Shown here: piece after piece, positions 58,540 through 64,000 of the stretch
Layout: each line of letters opens with the position of its first letter
How positions within the stretch are numbered: the stretch's first letter is position 1
From: Piromyces finnis finn
Lineage: Eukaryota; Fungi; Neocallimastigomycota
Length of the DNA: 64,000 bases
NCBI GenBank assembly: GCA_002104945.1
Contig: MCFH01000058.1
Span: 62,001-126,000, forward strand
Reading direction: 5' to 3'
Translations under genes and position numbers: made by a program
Notes under the pieces: model-generated
Databases searched by the model: none
The model's input: only the letters and a program-made list of their open reading frames with translations
Told to the model about the DNA's origin: nothing

Positions 58540-61500
58540 ATGGAAGAGAACGAAAACAACCACATGGATAATAATAATATTTTCGAAAACGCAACTCTTA
58601 AGGATGGTTTTGCAGGGGATCGCAGGTATCTGAAGGGTTTCTTAGCTAAGGTGGAGCTAGTGTTTATGCTATATCCTGAACGGTATCAAGACGACGCAAC
58701 CAAAATTCTCTATATAATATCAAGACTTTATGGGGACGCTATGAATTGGGCTGCTACTCTTATAAACAACCATGATCCGTGTCTTAATAACTACCAAGCT
58801 TTTGTTGACAGGTTTAAGGCTTTTTATGGATATAACGATGCTACCTATGTTGCAAATCAAATGCTTAGAACCTTAAAACAACGCCGATTAGGAGGAATTA
58901 GAGGCTATATCTTGGAATTTAACCGCTATGCTGATGAATCAAACTGGAATGAACAAGCCAAAATGGATGCATTTATAGCTGGCCTTAATCAACAAGTTGC
59001 CGTTCGTATTTTGGAAATGTTTCCGGGTCCTAGGGATCTTCTTTCATTACAGACTATTGCTTCAAGAATCGATTCAAGATTATCTACACATCATACCTTT
59101 TTCCCTTCTGGTTCAAACAATGACCAAAACCGAAAGAAAAGATCTTTTCATCACTCTTCAAAAATAACAAAGTCCATTACAAACAGGAATAACCATGGCC
59201 CTATCTCAAACGAAGAAAAGGAAAGAAGAAAGAAAGAAAATCTTTGTGTGTATTGTGGTGCTTCAAGTCATAAGCTTAATAATTGTCCAAAAAGAAAGAA
59301 TAAAGATCGTGAAAATCCTTCACTAATATCTATTCCCACACTTATATCCGCTCCTAAAGAAGAAAACAAAACTCATAATAAAATGACAACTAAATTTAAA
59401 CTTTCTTATGAACTAAATACGGATATTCTTATTGACTCAGGATCCAAACTTAATTTAATTGATGTAGATTACTGTAACGATAATAACATTCCTTATCATG
59501 ATGATGGTAACCTCCCAAATATCGTTGGTATCGGTGGTCGACAATCTCTTTTTGGAATTACATCTCCTTTGAATCTTCGCTACAAAGATCATCTCTGTCG
59601 AACACAATTCTATGTAACTGATCTACCTTATTATCCTTGTATTCTTGGAATAGATTGGCTTAAAGAACACAATCCTTCTATCGATTTCACAAAGAACAAA
59701 ATTTTATTTGTATCCGATTACTGTTATAATCGTTGTATAACACTCTCCAATAATGTCCCTGAATTTCCTGAAGAAAGATCTGCTTTTCCTGCAATGGAAG
59801 ATCCTTCCTACGAACCTCCGCATGATTCATTCGCTTACCCTATATTTGTCGATAAACAAAACATCCAATCTCAAAACGAAACTAATCGTACTTGTACTAT
59901 TCTCTGTTCGGGTTCTTCAAAAAATATTAACAATTCTGTTTCTAAGAAGTCTTCTGTTAACTTTTCTACTTCGTCTCTCTCAAATCAAGAACCAACTTCT
60001 GTTCTGACTTCTTTTTCTGATTCTAATATTCAATCCAATTCTATTCTCAAATCCGATTCAAACTCTAAATCAGAACCCAATTCTTCTATTATACTTCCGG
60101 ATGTTCTCTCTGACTTTGCTGATGTCTTCAATGAATCTAATGCTGAAAAACTTCCTCCACACCGTCCATACGATTGTGAAATAAAACTCAAAGAAAATTC
60201 AAAACTGTTTTATGGACCGATTTATCCTCTAACAGAAACCGAATCAATTGCTTTAGAAGAATATATAAAAGAAAATCTCAAGAAAGGATTTATTAGAAAA
60301 TCAAAATCGCCTGCGGGAGCTCCTATTCTGTTTGTACCTAAGAAAAACGGTCAACTTCGTATGTGTGTTGACTATCGCCAATTAAACTCCATAACTATTC
60401 GTGATTCTTATCCCCTTCCTCTTATACAAGATATGCTTGAACATCTTGGAAAAGGGAAGATTTTCTCAAAATTGGATCTTCGTTCTGCCTATAACTTGGT
60501 CAGGATTAAAAGTGGTGATGAATATAAAACCGCTTTTACTTGCAAGTTAGGTCATTTTGAATACTGTGTGATGCCTTTTGGGTTGAAAAATGCACCTGCT
60601 GTTTTTCAACATTTCATTAATGATGTTCTTGAAGACGTTCTTGGTAAATTCGCTTTCTCTTACATAGATGATATTATTATTTTTTCCTCTGATTATAAAT
60701 CTCATATATCTCATGTCAAAACTGTTTTGAAACACCTGAGGGATGCTGGGCTCTATGCTAAATTGGAAAAATGCGAGTTCTTTGTTTCTTTTATTGATTT
60801 CCTTGGTCATAGGATTTCTACTGATGGTATTCACATGGACCCAAATTAAGTTTCTTCTATTTTAAACTGGCCTACTCCATCTAATGTTAAAGAGGTTCAA
60901 TCTTTTCTTGGTCTTGCGAACTACTACCGTCGATTTATTCCAAATTTTGCAAAGATCGCTCATCCTTTGCATAAACTTTTGAAGAAAAATGTTAAATTTG
61001 TATGGTCTAAAGAAGCTCAAGATGCTTTCGATTCACTCAAGTCCTTATTTGTTTCTGCTCCTGTTCTTATATTTCCTAATCGTGAACTTCCATTCATAGT
61101 CGAAACTGATTCAAGTAACTTTGCCATTGGTGCTATTCTCTCGCAAGTCTCTCCAATTGATAATATGACCCATCCAGTTGCTTTCTTTTCTCGCTCTCTT
61201 ACTGGTCCTGAACGTAATTATCCAATATATGATAAAGAGCTCTTAGCTATCGTTGCTGCTCTTGAAACATGGCGTCATTTACTTAAAGGCTCTTCTTCTA
61301 CTTTTAAGATTTACTCGGATCATCGAAATTTACTCTATCAAAAGAAACCTGAAAAAATGTCTCAACGTCTTGTTCGCTGGGCTTTGTTTCTCTCTGAATT
61401 TAACTTTGTTATTATTTATCGTTCTGGTTCTTCTAACGGTAAGCCTGATGCCCTATCTCGTCGTCCTGATTATGCTATCAATTCGAATTCCTCTTCTGAT

Positions 61501-62976
61501 GTTCCTTTTAATGTTCTTCGCCCTGAAAACTTTTGTGCCATTGTGACTTCTGTTTCGTCCATTAGTGATTCTTTTCTTTCCGAATATATAAATGATGACT
61601 TTTACAATAAAATCTGTGAATATCTTGATTGTAGGAAACCTCCAATACCTCACCCTCAAATTGACAAATTTTCCTTAAGCAATAGTTTTCTCCTTTTTAC
61701 TGACAGAATCTATGTTCCTCCAAATTGTCGTCTTTCAATTCTTAAACTCTGTCACGACTCTCCTTCAGCTGGTCATTTCGGAATAAAGAAAACATCTTCT
61801 CTTATTGCTAGAGACTTCTGGTGGCCTTCTATTTCTTCTGATGTTAAAGACTACGTTCGTTCTTGTGAAGTTTGTTGTCGTTCAAAAACCTTTCGTCATA
61901 AACCTTATGGTCTTCTGAATTCTCTTGATATTGCTGAACGTCCTTGGTCATCCATTTCAATGGATTTCATTACTGATTTGCCTTCTGGCTTCACTTGCAT
62001 TCTTGTTGTTGTTGATCGTCTTACAAAAATGATTCATCTCATTCCGTTCAAAAGTATTCCTTCCGCCGCCGAAACAGCTACGGCCTTTATTGATAATATT
62101 TTCCGTCTTCATGGCCTACCTGAATCTATTGTCTCGGATAGAGGTTCTCAATTTACCTCTAAATTCTTCCAATCCATCTGTTCCTCCCTTGGCATTGAAC
62201 TTAAGTTGTCTACTCCATTTCATCATCAATCAAACGGTCAGACGGAGAGGGTGAACTCCGTTATAGAACAATATTTAAGATGTTTCTCAAATTATAAAGG
62301 TTCAAATTGGAAAAGTTTTCTTAGTCTTGCAGAATTTAGTTATAACAACGTGGTCCAAGAATCATCCAAATTTTCTCCATTCTTTTTGAATTACGGCTTT
62401 CATCCAAAATATTCACCAGTTATTCCAGACTTATCTAAAGTCCCAAGAGCAGAAGAGTTTACAAGAGATTTTAAAACTTTAATTAATACCTTAAAAGAAA
62501 ATTTAAAATCTGCCATGGAAACCCAGAAGAAGCATGCTGACAAACGTAGAAAAGAAGCTCCGAATTTTAAAGTTGGTGACAAAGTTTGGCTGGATAGTTC
62601 TTTAATTATCCACAAAGGAAATAAAAAATTTAAGCCAAGAAAACTCGGCCCATACAAAATCTTGGAAAAAATATCAAATGTTACATTTAAATTAAGTCTC
62701 CCAAAATCTATTAAGATTCATCCAGTTATTCATGTATCCAATCTCGAGAAATATGTCGAAGATAAATTTGGAAGATCTCAACCACCACCGCCACCTATTA
62801 CCGTTGACAATGAAGAAGAATACGAAGTTGAAGAAATTCTGGATAAAAGAAGACATTACGGAAAAATACAATACCTGATTAAATGGAAAGGGTATTCAAT
62901 TAATGAAGCTTCGTGGGAGCCTGAAGAAAATCTAAATTGCAAGGGGCTACTTAAAAAATTTAATAGAAAGAAATAA
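58540..62976 (+). pseudogene. gag-pol: G gag-pol with chromodomain, single in-frame TAA at 60847-49
   Basis: Both ORFs share one frame: [11 protein letters not shown]. Canonical chromodomain [24 protein letters not shown]. Confidence 0.93.
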
Positions 62977-64000
62977 AAAATAGTTAAAAAATTCAAATTA
63001 TATTTATTATTAATATTAAAATCACAATTATTATTATTATCAAAACTTATTAATATCATTATCAATATCAATTTTATTATTAAACAATTTATTAATATTA
63101 AATTTATCAATATTTTATTTTTAACTTTAGTAATATTAAAAAAAAAATGTATTTTATTATATTAAATGTATTTTTATAATTAAGAAAATTCACTCCTTAG
63201 TTTAGTTTATTAAAAAAAAAAAACATATATTTAAATATTAAAATTCTAGATTCGTCTGGTATCCGAATCCTGGAGGAGGACCATGTAATGAATACTAGAA
63301 ATAACTAAATTGTCTTAGTGGTTAGTAGCTAAGACTTTGAGTCTGAATGACACTAGTTCGAGACCTCATAGATACTATTTTAAAAAAATTATAATTTTAT
63401 TTTATTTTATTTTATTTTTAAATTTTATTTTATATGAAGATTATTGATTGGTTAAGAATTTTAAGTTGAAAAAATTTTATAAATTAATTTAAAAAATTTT
63501 TAGTATAAATACGAGTGAATTTTCCCAAATATTTTAAAGAATCGAGATTTTATTAATAAATAATTATATTATTAAACACTAACTTATTAAGTTAAATTCT
63601 ATGTGTTTTTAATGATATTTTTATAAATTAATAATTTACAGAATATTTTAAAGTGTTAATATTACTAAGTTATTTAGTAAATATTATAATTTGTTTTATT
63701 GTTAAAGACACATTTCTTTACAGAAGCAAACGAGTCAGATAGCCAAGTTAGCTTGGAAGAGCTGCATGCTGTGGAAAATGCCTTTACTGTAGAACATGAG
63801 GAAAGGTTACAAGACCACCAGCAAGTGCTAAACAACCAAGAAACGTTGTACCGTCAATCTAGTGCCTTTGTCTCTTATAAAAAAGAGCTTGAAGAAGAGA
63901 TGGCCAGATTGAGGGAACAACGAAACGCTCTAGAAGAAAGGAAAAAACTGTTCGAGGCTAAAGTCGAAGCCATGAACAGAAGAGCTGAAGCCAGAGCTCA

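Larger units (their letters stand above)
57210..63722 (+). mobile_element. Element G: complete chromovirus, apparently identical 439-bp LTRs, TSD GAAGC
   Basis: LTRs at 57210-57648 and 63284-63722. GAAGC at 57205-09 and 63723-27. PPT GGAGGAGGA at 63272-80. Confidence 0.96.
54648..64000 (+). mobile_element. Element E2 (5' part), interrupted by two C-type solo LTRs and by G
   Basis: 5' LTR 54648-55139. A degenerate gag at 56824-57209 resumes at 63723 and is collinear with E1. Confidence 0.92.

Noticed and set aside
60847-60849. Programmed readthrough in G
   Set aside because: The stop lies inside the conserved RT region, where A has Lys; a point mutation or sequencing error is more likely.
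452-63110. Short ORFs overlapping gag/pol on other frames or strands (e.g. 867-1109, 22347-22757, 24958-25281, 32603-32902, 61253-61546, 62856-63110)
   Set aside because: They have no domain signal and are expected by-products of long coding frames or low-complexity DNA.
1-64000. tRNA, rRNA or host protein genes
   Set aside because: None recognised; the tRNA-like matches are only the 10-15 nt PBS sites.

Overview
This window is a gene-free, extremely AT-rich nest of Ty3/Gypsy LTR retrotransposons. The composition suggests an anaerobic gut fungus (Neocallimastigomycota), which is inference only. I resolved about 8 elements with internal sequence and about 17 solo or partial LTRs by eye, using TG..CA termini and target-site duplications (TSDs). 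The family letters are my own labels. Group 1 (A, C, E, F, G) has gag-pol in one frame, 5-bp TSDs where both flanks are visible (C, G, solo LTRs), and no tRNA PBS; instead each has an 11-12 nt Tf1-type self-priming complement. A chromodomain is seen in C, F and G, is degenerate in E, and lies outside the window for A. Group 2 (B, D, and probably the solo family L) has TGATA..TATCA LTRs and 4-bp TSDs. B and D also have a tRNA PBS (Tyr, Ala), a -1 frameshift signal and no chromodomain. Every copy that is complete in the window carries a stop, frameshift or deletion; A is open up to the window edge. The main unexpected signal is that insertions are not random. About 15 of 26 resolvable insertions sit within 16 bp of the terminus of another LTR. 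Five are stacked in the first 8 bp of one LTR end, and some families recur at fixed offsets (+32, +47/48) from LTR ends. This suggests an LTR-terminus-targeted integration system. I found no host genes, RNA genes or CRISPR arrays. All coordinates were counted by hand and may be off by a few bases.
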